Shown here: positions 39,008 through 51,983 of the stretch, piece after piece
How the letters are laid out: the number at the start of each line of letters is the position of its first letter
Position numbering within the stretch: position 1 is the first letter of the stretch
Assembly: GCA_028534125.1 (NCBI GenBank)
Contig: CM052816.1
Span: 31,188,001 to 31,252,000 of the forward strand
From: Lama glama
Lineage: Eukaryota
DNA length: 64,000 nt
Reading direction: 5' to 3'
The notes under the pieces: model-generated
Databases searched by the model: none
What the model was told of the DNA's origin: nothing
Seen by the model: the letters and a program-made list of their open reading frames with translations, nothing else
Program-made: the position numbers and the translations under genes

Positions 39008-42000
39008 ATATAGATGACTTTGGAATAGTATGGACATTTTAACAATTTTAATTCTTCTAATCCACAAACTTCCATTTGTTTGTCTTCAATTTCCTTCAAC
39101 AAAGTCTTGTAATTTCATTCTACAGATCTGTCACTTCCTTGATTACATTTATTCCCAGGTATTTTGTTGTCTTTGAAGCTACTGTGAAAGGGGTAGTTTT
39201 CATTTCTTTTCTTTTTCATATAGTTTGATTGTTAGTGTATAGAAATGCACCTCATTTCTGTACATTAATCTTATAAACTGCAACTTAACTGAATTTGTTG
39301 ACTAGTACCAACAGTTTTTTGGCTGAGTCTCTGGGGTTTTCTATATATAAAATCATATCATCTGTAAATAATGTAAATTTTACTTCTTCCTTTCTGATTT
39401 GGATGACTTTTATCTCTTTGTCTTGCTTAATTGCTCCAGCTAGGGCTTCCAGTACTGTAATGAATGAGAGGTGAGAGTAGGCTTACTAATCTTGTTCCTG
39501 AGCTTAGAAGAAAAGCTTTCAATTTTTCTCCATTGAGTATAATATTATAATGTTACTTGTGGGTTTGTCATATATATCTTGATTATGTTGAGGTATGTTC
39601 TTTCTATACCCAATCTGTTGAGAGTTTTTATCATAAAAGGATGTATTTTGTCACGTGCTTTCTCTGCAGTTTTTGCAATGATCTTGTGATTTTTATCTTT
39701 CATTCTATTAATGTGGTATAAACCTTTATTGATTTCTGTATGTCAAACCATCCTTGCATCCTAGGGATCAATCTTACTTGGTCATGATGTATAACCCTTT
39801 TAATGTGTTCTTGAATTCCATTCATTAATACTCTTTGAGAATTTTTACATCTATATTTATCAGGATTATTGATCTATAGTTCTCTTTTCTTGTAGTGTCC
39901 TTATCTGGCTTTGGTATCAGGGTAAGGCTGTCCTTGTGTAATGAGTTTGGAAGTGTTCCCTCCTCTTCAGTTTTTTGGAACAGTTTGAGAAGGACAGGTG
40001 TTAACTCTTCTTTAAATGTTTGGTAGAATTCCCCTGTGAAGCCCTCTAGTCCTGCACTTTTGTTTTTTGGGGGGATGGGGATTTTTTGATTACTGACTCA
40101 ATTTTATTACTAATAATTGGTCCATTCAGATTTTCTATTTCCTCCCATTTTAGCCTTGGGAGATTGTGTATTTCAGGAATTTACCTAGGTTGACTAATTT
40201 GTTGTTATATAGTTGTTCATAGCAGTCTCTTACGATCTTTTGTATTTTTGTAGTGTCAGTTGTAATGTCTCCTCTTGCATTTCTGATTTTGAGTCTTCTC
40301 TCTCTTTTTTCTTGGTCTAAAGTTTTCTTTAGACTACTTAAAGGTTTGTACATTTTGTCTATCTTTTTGAAAAGCCAGCACTTAGTTTCACTGATCTTTC
40401 CTATTATTTTTCTGGCATTTATTTCATTTATTTCAGCTCTGGTCCTTATTAATTTCCTTCCATTAACTTTAAACTTAATTTGTTTTCCTTTCTCCAGTTC
40501 TTTGAGATGTAAAATTAGGTTGTTTATTTAAGACCATTCTAATTTCTTAATGTATGCATTCATTGCTATAAACTTCCCTCTAAGAACCTCAGAGCTGCTT
40601 TCACAGCATCCCATAGGTTTTGGTATGTTGTGTTTCCATTTTCATTTGTTTCAAGGTTTTTGTTTGTTTGTTTGTTTGTTTTTAATTTCCCTTCTGATTT
40701 CTTCTTTGACCCATTGGTTGTTCAGAAGTGTGTCGTTTAGTTTCCACATATTTGTAGATTTTCCAGCTTTCATCTTATTATTGATCTCTAGTTTCATACC
40801 ATTATCATTGGAAAGATAGTTGGTATGATTTCAATCTTAAATTTGCCAACACTTGTTTTTTTGTCCTATCATATGATTTATCTGGAGAATGTTCTGTGTG
40901 CACTTACCAGAAAATGTATTCTGCTCTGTTGGGTAGAATGTTCTACATGTCTGTTCAGTCCACTTAGTCTAATATACGGTTCAACTCCAATATCTCCTTG
41001 CTGATTTTCTATCTGATCTATTGCTGAAAGTGAGGTATTGCCATCCTCTGCTGTTATTGCATTTGTTGTTCATTTCTCTCTTCAGACCTTTTAGTATTTG
41101 CTTAATATATTTTAGGTGCTTCAAAATGTTGGGTGTGTATCTATTTATGATTGCTATGTCTTCTTGGTGCTTTGACATCTTTAGCATTATATAATGATCT
41201 TGTCTCTTACGTTTTTGGCTTAAAGTCTATTTTGTCTAATATAATTATGGCAACCCCACTTTTTTTCGTTTCTACTTATATGGAGTATCTTTTTCCATCC
41301 CTTTGCTTTGAGCCTACGTGTGTCTCTAAAGCTGAAGTGAGTCTCCTGTAGACAGCATAAAGTTGGATCTTGTGTTTTTATCCATTCAGCCACTCTGTGC
41401 CTTCTGCTTGGTGAATTCAATTCATTTACATTTAGAGTAATTATTGATACCTAAAGATTTACTGTTGCCACCCTATCAGTTGCCTTCTGGTTGTTTTGTA
41501 TCTCCATTGTTCATTTTTCTTTCCGTACATGCCTACATTTGTAAATTGGTGATCTATTAGCTTCGTGAACTTGGATGTCCAAGATTTCCCCCAGATTTGG
41601 GAAGTTTTCAGCTATTATTTCTTTAAGTAAATTATCTGTCCCTTCTCCTCCTGGAACATTGACTAGTCTAATATTTGCCCTTTTGATTCAGTTGCATCAA
41701 TCATTTAGGCTTTCGTCACTCTTTTTTAAATTCTTTTCCTTTGTATACTTCTATGTCATTTCTACATTCCTCCTTCTAAGTCACTAATTCGATTTTCCAC
41801 CTATTCTACTACTACAGATGCTCTCTACTGTAATCTTGTCATTCATTATTCTGCTCTAGAATTTCTTTTTTTTTTTTAAATTGTAGTCAGTTATAATGTG
41901 TCAATCTCTGGTGTACAGCACAATGTCCCAGTCATGCATATACATACATATATTCGTTTTCATATTCTCTTCCTTAAAGGTTATTACAAGATATTGAATA

Positions 42001-43705
42001 TAGTTCCCTGTGCTATACAGAAGAAATTTGTTTTTTAAATTTATTTTTATAATACAGTGGCTAACACTTGCAAACCTCAAATTGCCAAATTCATCCCTTC
42101 CCACCCCTGTTCCCTCAGTAATCGTAAGATTGTTTACTATGTATGAGAGTCTGTTTCTGCTTTGTAGATGAGTTCATAGTGTCCTCATTTTTTCTTTTTT
42201 TAGGCTCCACATATGAGTGATATCATATGGTATTTTTCTTTCTCTTTCAGGTTTACTTCACTTAGAATGACCATCTCTAGGTCCATCCATGTTGCTCCAG
42301 AATTTCTGTTTGGTTGTTTTTTGTAATTTCTATCTCTTTGGTCAAGAGTTCATTTTCTTTGTTCATGTATTTTCCCCCCTAATATCATTGAGTTGTTTTT
42401 CTGAGTTTTCTTGTAGTTCACTGAATTTCTTCAAAACAGCTATTCTGAATTTTTTATCAGATAGATCAGTTTTCTGTAGCTTTGAGCTCAGTTGTTAAGG
42501 AATTATTTATTTTAGAGATGACATATTTTCTTGGCTTATTAGGTTCCTTATATTTTTGCATTGCTGTTTTCCCATCGGAAGTGGCAGACACCTCCATAAT
42601 CTTTATTCGTTGCCTTTAGTTGGGGCAGTGATCATTGGTGCTGCTGTATCTGGGGTTTCCTCAACTTCTGAATGGGTAGGCCTGCTCCACTCTCCTTGTT
42701 TCCTCTTGTGGCAGAATTCTTAAGATTTTACGTCTTTTCTTATTCTTGTAACTCACCAGGCGGACTGCTGGAAACCTCTTGTTTTCCAGAAGGAGGCACT
42801 ATAGCTCCAGGTTGTGGCTTCTTCCTGGTTCGTTTCTACAAAAGCATTCTGATTACTGGACTGGCTCTCACCTGGGCACTCTGAAGCACTCATAAGGATC
42901 CAGCCACAGAATGGCGGGGGGTGGGGAGATGCGGGACGGGGAAGGAGTGTGGGTTTAGCACTTCGGGTGATGGGGTTGCCCATGGACCCAAGGGGAGGAT
43001 ATTCAACTGGGATAATCCCAAAACCTTGTGGGTCAACTTCCTGTTGAAGTCCTGAAGCAGTCAGCAGGAACCTCCCTGATGCCTCTTGATATTCTTATCT
43101 GCTTTCTTGCCTTATCCTCCTCTCCCCCGTCATGGAGGTCCCACCTCAGTACTCTGGGTGCTGCTGGAGAAATGAGTTTCTCCAGCTGTGACCCACAAAA
43201 CTGGGGTAGCTGGGCACGCACTCACAGCTTTTGACCTCCTCCGCAAGAGAGGCCACCAATACTTGACAGCTTAGCCCTATGTAGTGTCGCCCCGCATCGT
43301 GGAGGGGGCTCTGGTAGAGCTCCTCTCTCTTCACTGTGTACAAACTCTTATCCTTCCCACTCCAATGGTATGCTAGAATCTCCCCTCAGGCAGGCTGGAC
43401 TTCTACAAATCCTCTTGCTCGTAGGTATCTGAATAGGCCAGTACTCTCCAGGTTTTTCCCCTACTTGGCGGGGAGGGCGGGCAGGCTCGCTGACTCCCTT
43501 GGATCTGCAGCCCTTACCAAGTCCGTTCATCTATCTTTGGAAGCACAGGTAGGCGAGATTCCTCCCAGGTCCCTTGGTGTAGGGTGGCAGGTCCCACAGC
43601 TCCCAGTGAGACACTTTTCTTTGTGGACAGACATCTAATTAATTGTTAAAAAGAAGGGAGAGAGAAGAGGAATATCTTATGTCACCATGATGCTGACTTC
43701 CCTCC
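39008..43705 (-). mobile_element. L1 5'UTR, partial ORF1 and ORF2 (endonuclease and RT), degenerate
   Basis: ORF track: WIKTQDPTLCCLQETHF (endonuclease), GDITTDTTKIQKIVRDCYEQLYNNKL; GC-richer 5'UTR 42600-43705. Confidence 0.92.
41867..42292 (-). mobile_element. Younger L1 3' end nested in the older L1
   Basis: T-run tail; TSD tgctc(t/c)agaatttct at ~41852-41866 and ~42293-42307. Confidence 0.9.
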
Positions 43706-44084
43706 AAAATCACTTCTTAGGGAGCAATCTATTACAGAAGGTAATTCAGTCATAGGAATTATATTCTCTAATTTCTGTGATCTTTCATGGCTAGGAGCCT
43801 ATTAGGTAACCTCACCTTTTCTTCACCTGCAATAATCTTAAGTTTCCTATCTCTCTCTCCACACACACAATGTAAATATTTTTAACATCTGGTTTTGGAG
43901 TCACACTGAGTGAGCTATGTTAAGTCAGCAGCTGCAACACCACCAAGTCCTAATGAAATCAGTCTCAAAAATAGCTGTGATTTTTCACTAAACAAGTCAT
44001 GATAGCTGTTATTTTGGGTGCTCTGAAAGACGCTTCTTTGGGTCAGACTTCAGTAAGCTGTGGAGGAATGGAGGATGGGGACTC

Positions 44085-47000
44085 TTTTCTTTGCCAGCAG
44101 GTCTTTTGATATGAGGACCCTGAAATGAATAGAGGGCTGCTGTAGATTTAGGGTGAATACAACTCTTATTGCACCCCTGGAGGAAGCATTTTCCTTCTGG
44201 GATCCAAGACTTCTATACCATAGATCCTAGAGTTGTGAGGACAGGAAACAAATTCTCCTGATGGGTCCCTGGGAGTGGTGTAAGTTGGGCCACTCCTACT
44301 TCTACCCCTTGGTGCCTGGACCCCTGCAGTCTGCCTGTTGGGAACAAAGAACCATAGATATAGTGACTGTCGATTTAGGGTATGTGTTACATCCTGGGGA
44401 GTGTTGCCCCAACTTTGCAGGATATATCGCCAAGCTGGTGCTTCAGTGTGCCTTTTTAAAAGGCCATTACATTGCCCTTTCAGTCCAGCAGCCAAGATCA
44501 ATTGATTTCATGGCTCCCCATTCACTGCAGCACTTCTTTTGCTCTAAGGTAGACTCCTTGGTCCTTTATGATGCTAGAAGGGACCCTATGTAGGCTGACC
44601 AAATCCTCTGTAAGTCCTTCAGTAATGATGTTCATTGAGGTCATGCAGCCAGGAAAGAAAGCTTACACTCCAGAATATGTGTCAATTCTGTCAGGATTAA
44701 TTCACTCCCGTTTCTAAAAGGGAAGGGGTCCAAAGTTACTTGCCACAAAACGGCTGCTTGGCTTCCTCAAGGGAAGGTGCTGTATCAGTGGCTCAGTTTT
44801 GGTCTCTGTTACTGGTAGACAGGACATTCGTCACAAGCAGTAGCTACATCACCCTTGATAAGTAGAAGCTCATGCTATTGGGCCCATATGTAGCTCAATC
44901 CCTGGATACTCTGTTCAGGTTCCCACGGTGTCAACACTGTAGTGGCCAATAATAGAGGCACCCTGACAATTTGCTGAGTCATTCTGTCTGTTTGGTTTTA
45001 TAGTGTCTATTCTGTATCTCTTCAGGTGACTTCTATGGGTAACACAATTTAAAATTCTTCATGTTTTCACGCTCATTCCTATAGGTCTATCCATATGCCT
45101 CTTCCTTAAACCTCTGTCCTTGATCTTCCAATCTTTCTCCTTCCAAGGCTTTGGCTAACCAACTAAGCCACTAGCTATTACCTGTGAGTCCTTGGGCCAT
45201 TTTTATTTTCAGACAGAGTAGATGCCCATGTATGTAAAGTTCTGGCCACTGGAAGGATTTCTCCACACCGTTATCTTTCCCTGGAGCTGAAGGTGAAGCA
45301 CTGGTCAACAGTGGAGAATGAAACTGGGGCCAGGACTTGTGCAGCATATTTGTGCTCTCTGGCCCCCTTCTTTCCCATGCCTCAGTTGTGTCTTAACTAC
45401 AGATTATTCCTGGGTTGTCTAACCTTATGATTTTGTGAGTCTGACAGATCCCAGCTCAGTTCTGGATGTATGATCACTTCCATAATCAGATGCTTGTCTC
45501 AACCAGGGCCCAGTATCACTCAAGGAACTATTTTTTCAGTGATGTATAATTTTCCACCACAGATGGCATTGTCTGATTGAAGACTCATGAAGGGTTTATG
45601 TTGTAATTGTCCAGCTGAGGCATGCCATACACAGCACATGGCATCTTTTTCTATCACTGACAGCTCTGATATCACTGGGTCTGTCAGGGAGTATGGTCCA
45701 AGAGGATCACTTGCACTGTGGGCAGCTGGACCTTTTGCAGATTCCTTTACTACTCTGGGCTTTACTCAAAGCTAGAAGCTGTTTGTATAAATGGGCTGAA
45801 GTAGTGTTCCCAGTAAAAAATATGCTGCTTCCAGAATCTGAATAGAACTACCAACTGTTGTGCTGGCCTCTGAGTTAAGGAGTTGTGAAACACAATACTT
45901 TGTTTTTTACTTTGAAAGGGGTATCTTGGCATATCCTGGAACATTGGATCCCTAAAAACTTCACTGAATGTGGTAGGCCCCTGAACCCTCACAGGACTTA
46001 GCTTTCACCCATGGAGGGCATATATATTACCAAGGCCTCTGATGTGCTTGGGACCTCTAGTTCCTTCAGTTCAAGTAATGGAGTGTTATCAACATGTGGA
46101 CCAATGTGATATTATATCCAGATGATCCAGATTTTTTTGACTATATTATGTATTGAAAGCAGGTGAGTTAATATTCATAGTGCACTGTTGAGTATCCATA
46201 ATGTAAACTTTTTAGTCTTCTGATCTAACAGGGATGGAAAAGAAGGCATTTACCAGATCAATGGCCATATACCATCTACCTGAGGCCTTGTTAATCTTCC
46301 CTAACAAAGATACCACACCTGGGGTACATCAGCTACAATTTGAGCTACAACTTGGTTAAAGTTTGCAGTAGTCCACTGTCATCCTCAAGGATCCATCTGC
46401 AGGGAACAGACTGGTGAATGAAATGGGCATGTGATGCTGACAACCATTCTTAAATCTTTTAGGTTTTTAAGCATGGCACTAATCTCTCTCTTCTCCTCAA
46501 GATGCAATATTGTTATTTACTATCTTGGCTGTGAGTATCGGGGCAATTTCAGAGCTTCCATTTAAGTCTTCCTTATCCCACAGATAACTGTCCATGCTAG
46601 TTATATTCAAGGATGGGGAAAAATGACCAATAGGTGGATTTGTAGACCTAGTAGACTATGAGTTATACCTGGACCAGCACCCATGTGCTCCCACGGTAAT
46701 GGGGGTGGGTGGCTGCATGATGATGCCTAGTCCCTAATTATCAGTGTCAACTTGGAAACCATGTCCAATAATCATTAAAAGATTGAGTATTTTCCATTTC
46801 CCATTGTATGGTTATCTAAGTAAGTCCTTTTGAGGAAATAATGGGAAAATTATTAATATATGCAGTTGCCATGGTGTGCAGGGCTCTTCCTCCTGGAGAT
46901 TTGGTCTTTCTGTCCATCAGTGAGTTCTTGGTCTGAGACCTGGTTCAGGACCAGAAACTGGAACAAAAGTCCATCCTTCCTTCCTTCCTTTTATTGTGGT

Positions 47001-48446
47001 GGCTGCTCTCAACTCTTGATCATCCATTTTTAATTTCTTTTGATTATATAGATTTGGGCAATGACCCTACTGGCTGACCATCTATCTTGCACCTACTGAA
47101 GCCATGTTCCATTTACCATCTCTAAAGTTCTCTGCAGATCAGGACTTTGGCTGCCACTCTGACCTTGCAGTTCATGAAGATAATTTACCAACTATTGCTC
47201 CTGCTGGCATCTATTATTTCAGGATCTCATCAACACCATCATTATCAGGGCACCCAGGTCTGTAACGGCATTTCCCACCATCAGCCCTGGCTTTCAGAAG
47301 ATAGCCACTACTGAGCTCCTGAACGATGCCAGTGTCCCTAGAAACAGCATACTCCTTATTGCTTTGCTAAATGGAGGAATCTTGCGCTGTCTTGCCTTAC
47401 ACAGTATATACACTTCAGCTCACTTCTCTGTGGTTTTTAATCTCTTCTTCCCCTTGCCTGCTTGGAGATTCTGTTATACTTCACTTAGCTGGGCCAAGCT
47501 AAGTGGCTCAGCCTTTCTCCAAGCTTCCAGAAACTACCCTAGGAGTGTTTCAGCACCGTCTCCCCAGGTCCCTGCCAGAATGTTAAATTTTTTTATCACT
47601 GAAGTGCTTACATACAAAATAAACTCTCCCCCATCCAACTTTATGCTTCCTCCCCCTTAAACCAGAATCCTCAGGATCCAGGCCCATGTATGTTCTCTTG
47701 GCTCCTTCAGGTATATTTTGGCAAGGTTCTGCAACAGCTTTGGCAGGCCCAGCACTTTCCTGGCCCAATTATGTTCTGTCTCAACCCTAATTACTGGCTT
47801 GGTGATCAGAGCAGGTGAGGCAAACCCTATGGAGGGTGAATGTTACTCTGCAAGGCAGAAGCTTCTGCATCCTCTTCAAGCAAGGGGGAATATGGGAATG
47901 AGGAGGAGCTTAATGGGAAGAAGTGGACTATTTCTGTGGGTCTGTATCCAATTTTTTTGTCCCTGACCTTGGCTGAACAGACATGATGAGGCTGGAATCC
48001 AATCTTCTCTTGAACTTTGCCAATTGTACAGTTAAGTCCTGGGCCTGATCCTCAGCTTTTTTTGGCCTCCCCCTGCAGAAGATGAAAGCTTTTAAATATG
48101 CTGTCAATGAGGCCCTCTGGCCTTCATACATAGCCTTTAATTGGTGATTAATCACCCTCAGCATTTCTCTAATTTATTGATTACCCGCAAGAACAGTCAT
48201 TCAATTCCATACTCTTCATAATTACTAATTCTCTTGAATTTCTCAAATGCCCGAGACATTTTCCCTACGAAGGCATTCCCAGCTCACCACCAGTGACAAA
48301 GTTTCAACAATTACACTGCTCTGGCTTGCCAACGGTGAACCATACTCCACCTGCCACCAGTAATAGGCTGTTCTGATGCCAGCCTGCCAGTGGGTGATCC
48401 AGCTCCCAAATCTCATTTTAGAAACTGCTTCCTCAGACCATTCTTG
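44085..48446 (-). mobile_element. ERVL (ERV3-16A3-like) internal region: degenerate gag-pro-pol
   Basis: Minus-strand LLDMVSKLTLI (protease, ~46740-46772), RMTVDYCKL and WYMAIDLVNAFFSIP (RT, ~46231-46385), AAGLKGQCNGLLK (integrase, ~44455-44495). Confidence 0.9.
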
Positions 48447-48862
48447 GCTGTAACTTAGATGGGCTTCCCTGAGAAACAGACTGAGACAGAGGCTTGGATG
48501 CAAGCCAATCACTGTGATATGCCATTGGGATCAAAACCTAAAGTCTGAAGGAAATAGGATGAGGCAGAAGAAGAGTTAAATTGCAATACAGTCAGAACAA
48601 AGGCCTCAGCTGATCCCATGGGTAGCACTGGAGGTGGGATGGCCTTTCCAAGTTGTCCTGCCTTAGCCCAGGGGGCTGGGCTTTTATAACTTGGATGCAG
48701 AAGGTCTTTGAAGAGTCATGACTTCAGGTGAAGCAGCTCCCTTCAGCTGGTAGCAAGTCTCAGAGAGCAACTTGGCTGAGTGCTCTCAGCCACCAACACC
48801 GCTAGCAGAGGAGGAAATGAGTGCTTCAGTCCTAAAGGATGTACACCGGAGCATCCACTACA
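48447..48862 (-). mobile_element. LTR16A-like 5' LTR of the adjacent ERVL
   Basis: tgtaacttagatgggcttccctgagaaacagactgagac...catccactaca, abutting the ERVL leader. Confidence 0.75.
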
Positions 48863-49281
48863 GGCACCAAGGCACTTTCTCCACAATCCACATGCACAGC
48901 CTTAGAATTTAAAATCATCACCAATACCAGGATTACAGAAAACAATCTAATTTTTTTTCTTGAGGGGGGACAGGGCAGGTTTTTTTGTCTTTAGTGGTGT
49001 ATAGACAAGAGTTTTAAAGTCATATGCCACCAGCTCATCACACAGTTCAATTTATTTGCTTTGCTTTTAATATTTAGGCATCACTTTTTAAAAATTTAAT
49101 TTTGATTACTAATTATGAAAAATATTTACATGGTTTCAAAACAAGGTACATTTCAAAAAGTCTAACTTCTATCCCCACACTTGTGCCCTATTTCCTCCTT
49201 CTCACCATACACACACACACACACACACACGACTTACTCTTTCATTTACAAGTATAAACAACACACAAACACACACACAAC

Positions 49282-50052
49282 TGTGATGGTTGATTTTATG
49301 TGTCAATTTCACTGGCAATGGGGGTACTAGATATTTGATCAAACATTCTAGGCGTTTCTGTGCAAGCATTTTTGGTTGAGATTAACCTTCAGATTGGTAA
49401 ACTGAGTAAAGCAGACTGCTCTCCCTAATGTGGGTGGGCCTCACCCAATCAACTGAAGGCCTGACTAGAATAAAAGGGCTGACCCTCACACAAGTAAGAG
49501 AGGATTCTTCCTGCCTGACTGCCTTTAAGCTGGGAAATCAACTTTTCCTGCCTTCAGACTCTGAGTTTTATAATAAATCTCTTATTTTATTTAAAAAAAA
49601 AATCACCAACACCATGGTTTTATTTCATTTAAAGAGATTTATTATAAGGCATTAGACCATGTGATTATGGAGGCTGATAAGTCCCAAGGTTTTCAGGGAG
49701 AGTTGGTAAGATGGGAGACCCAGGAGAGCCTAAGGTAGAGTTCCAGTTTGAATGTGACAGCCTGAGAATCAGGAGACCTGGAGAGCTGATGGTGCAGTTC
49801 CAGGCTGAGAGCTGGCAGGCTTGAGACCCAAGATAAGCCCATGTTTCAGCTGGAGTCCAGAGGCAGGAAAAAGCCAAAATCTCAGTTTGAAGGCAGTCAG
49901 GCAGGAGGGATTCTTTCTTACTTGGATGAGGGTCAGCCTTTTTATTCTATGCAGGCCTCCAACTGATTGGATGAGGCCCACCCAAATTAAGGAGGGCAAT
50001 CTACTTTACTCAGTCTACCAATTTAAATGTTAATCTCATCTTACACACACGC

Positions 50053-50083
<31 letters not shown>

Positions 50084-50113
50084 CTACTGGTTTTGGAGAA
50101 CTTGACTAATACA
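49282..50113 (+). mobile_element. MLT2B-like LTR, split by an inverted MLT2 segment
   Basis: 5' end tgtgatggttgattttatgtgtcaa; 3' end ggagaacttgactaataca. Confidence 0.85.
49630..50040 (-). mobile_element. MLT2B-like LTR segment, inverted, lacking termini
   Basis: gattatggaggctgataagtccca...tgaggcccacccaaattaaggagggcaatctactttactcagtctacc. Confidence 0.85.
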
Positions 50114-50114
50114 T

Positions 50115-50750
50115 ATACCACATACATACTTTTTTCTATCTTGGCTTTTCCACATAACAATATACTCTAGGGGTCAATCTGTGGCAATATAGAGGGACAT
50201 TTCTTATTCTGGTGGCTTCATAGGACTCCATAATGTGGATGTTAATTGAGCTTTTCAACCAATCTCCTTCTAACAGACATCTGAGTCATTTCAGTCTTTT
50301 GCTATTACAAACAGTGTGATAGTTACAATTTATTCAACCATTTCCTTACTGATGAGCATGTACGATATCTCCAGTTTATTATTTTTTTGCTTTAAAAATT
50401 GATGAAATAAATACTTTTGCATATAAAGATATCAAGGAATGCTAAGAGAATATAGAGTCCCCAAAGTGGGTTACATGGTATGTAGGTCTATTTTTAACTT
50501 TAAAAATTTTACACAGAACTTGGCATATTTTTTTTTTTAAAGTTATGGTAAAGCACATTCCCATTAGCAATGTGTGACAGTTCTCATTCCTCACAACCTC
50601 TCTAGCACTGGATGTTGTTCCTCTTCTAATTTTTACTATTATAACAAGTGAAAATAAAATCTTATTGTCTTTTAAACTTGCATTCCCTGGCTACTAGTGA
50701 TATTAAGCATCTCTACATATTTACTGGTCATTGAGAGTTTTCTTTTTCTT
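50115..50750 (-). mobile_element. L1ME-type fragment
   Basis: cacattcccattagcaatgtgtgacagttctcattcctcacaacctctctagcactgg. Confidence 0.7.
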
Positions 50751-51278
50751 ACTAGACTATAATAAGAGATGAAACCCTCTTGATTATTTCTTGAAGTTAA
50801 ATTAGGATTTGGCCCAGAGGTTTCCCTAATTTGGGTACATCCTAACCAAACCAAAACTGAAATTTCCCAGAACTTCTCCCCAAAAGCAAAGGGTATTAGA
50901 ACTTAAGAAAACAGTTTAGCTTTGACTTTGGGATGGAACAGTCAAGTGGGGTTTGTGAACCAAAGGGTTTTGTATGCAAAGGCAACTAAGTATTTGCTGT
51001 AAAATTATTGTTCACCATCTCAGCAAGAAGGGATCAGGTACAAAACTTAAACCTGTGTGTATAAAATAGACTTCACAATTACTCAATACAGATTTTAAAA
51101 AAGTATTTGTCACCTCCCACCCCAGATCTCCCTTACACAATACACTATGGGATACACTACTCCTGACTTGTGAAATAGCTGAGCTTTTGAATAATTTAAT
51201 GATTTTTGAATATTAAAAACGTAAGTATAAATTAAATAAATCAACATTAACAGCTGCTTAACAGTGATAAAATATACT

Positions 51279-51284
51279 TTTATT
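51279..51284 (-). terminator. AP3S1: AP3S1 polyadenylation signal AATAAA (3' UTR ~51260-51854)
   Basis: Plus-strand tttatt ~570 nt after the stop codon, followed on the minus strand by U/GU-rich sequence. Confidence 0.75.
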
Positions 51285-51854
51285 TAGTTTGTTGAGTCAG
51301 AGAATCATAAAAAAAATTATTGCTAAAGTAGATATCAGGCAAACAGAAAGGTGCTTTAGAAGTCCAGTTACCTTGGAGTTTATTTAAACTAAGAGAAAAA
51401 GGTCATAATGTTTTCATGCAATACATACTTGATTCTATAAATAACAATTATGACAAACAACAGAAAGAATTAAGGAATGCTGCACTTGTGATTCATACAG
51501 AACACCAACATTTTGGATTGTACATAATTTAAAGAAATGTCCCAAACACTTTTCAGAATACTGTAGTAGCCAATACATAGACGCATGCCTTAGGTGGCCA
51601 CAAGAATGCAGTTTATAGAAAGGGAAGGAAAATAAAAAATCACACTGGAGCTACTCAATTTCTTCAAAATCACTGAGCAAGAAAAGCAACATTGAACTTC
51701 CATACTGATTTTACGTAACTTCTATACAGTACCTTGACTTAAATCCAAGAGCAAAAGTTAAGACTCTCCTCCTCTATTTTTGGTAAACAATTGCATGGTA
51801 AACTTAGATGACTTTTCCCCCTGGATTTTACCTGGGAGTGGCCTTTTAAATTTT

Positions 51855-51983
51855 TTATTTAAAAGAGGGCAGGTTTGGCACTTTTATACTGATGTCACCA
51901 ATGTTAATATTTCTTGGGATCTCAGGAAGATTCATATTCTTTACAGCTGATACAGCACGGGCTGGAGCTCCCGCTAAGCCAGC
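51855..51983 (-). CDS. AP3S1: AP-3 complex subunit sigma-1 (sigma-3A), last coding exon
   Basis: Pyrimidine tract then tatacag|GCT; encodes AGLAGAPARAVSAVKNMNLPEIPRNINIGDISIKVPNLPSFK*, the known sigma-3A C-terminus. Confidence 0.97.
   Translation of the reverse strand, partial: AGLAGAPARAVSAVKNMNLPEIPRNINIGDISIKVPNLPSFK

Noticed and set aside
44085..48446. Domesticated or intact ERVL gene
   Set aside because: Motifs are recognisable but broken by many stops and frameshifts; longest ORFs are ~110 aa
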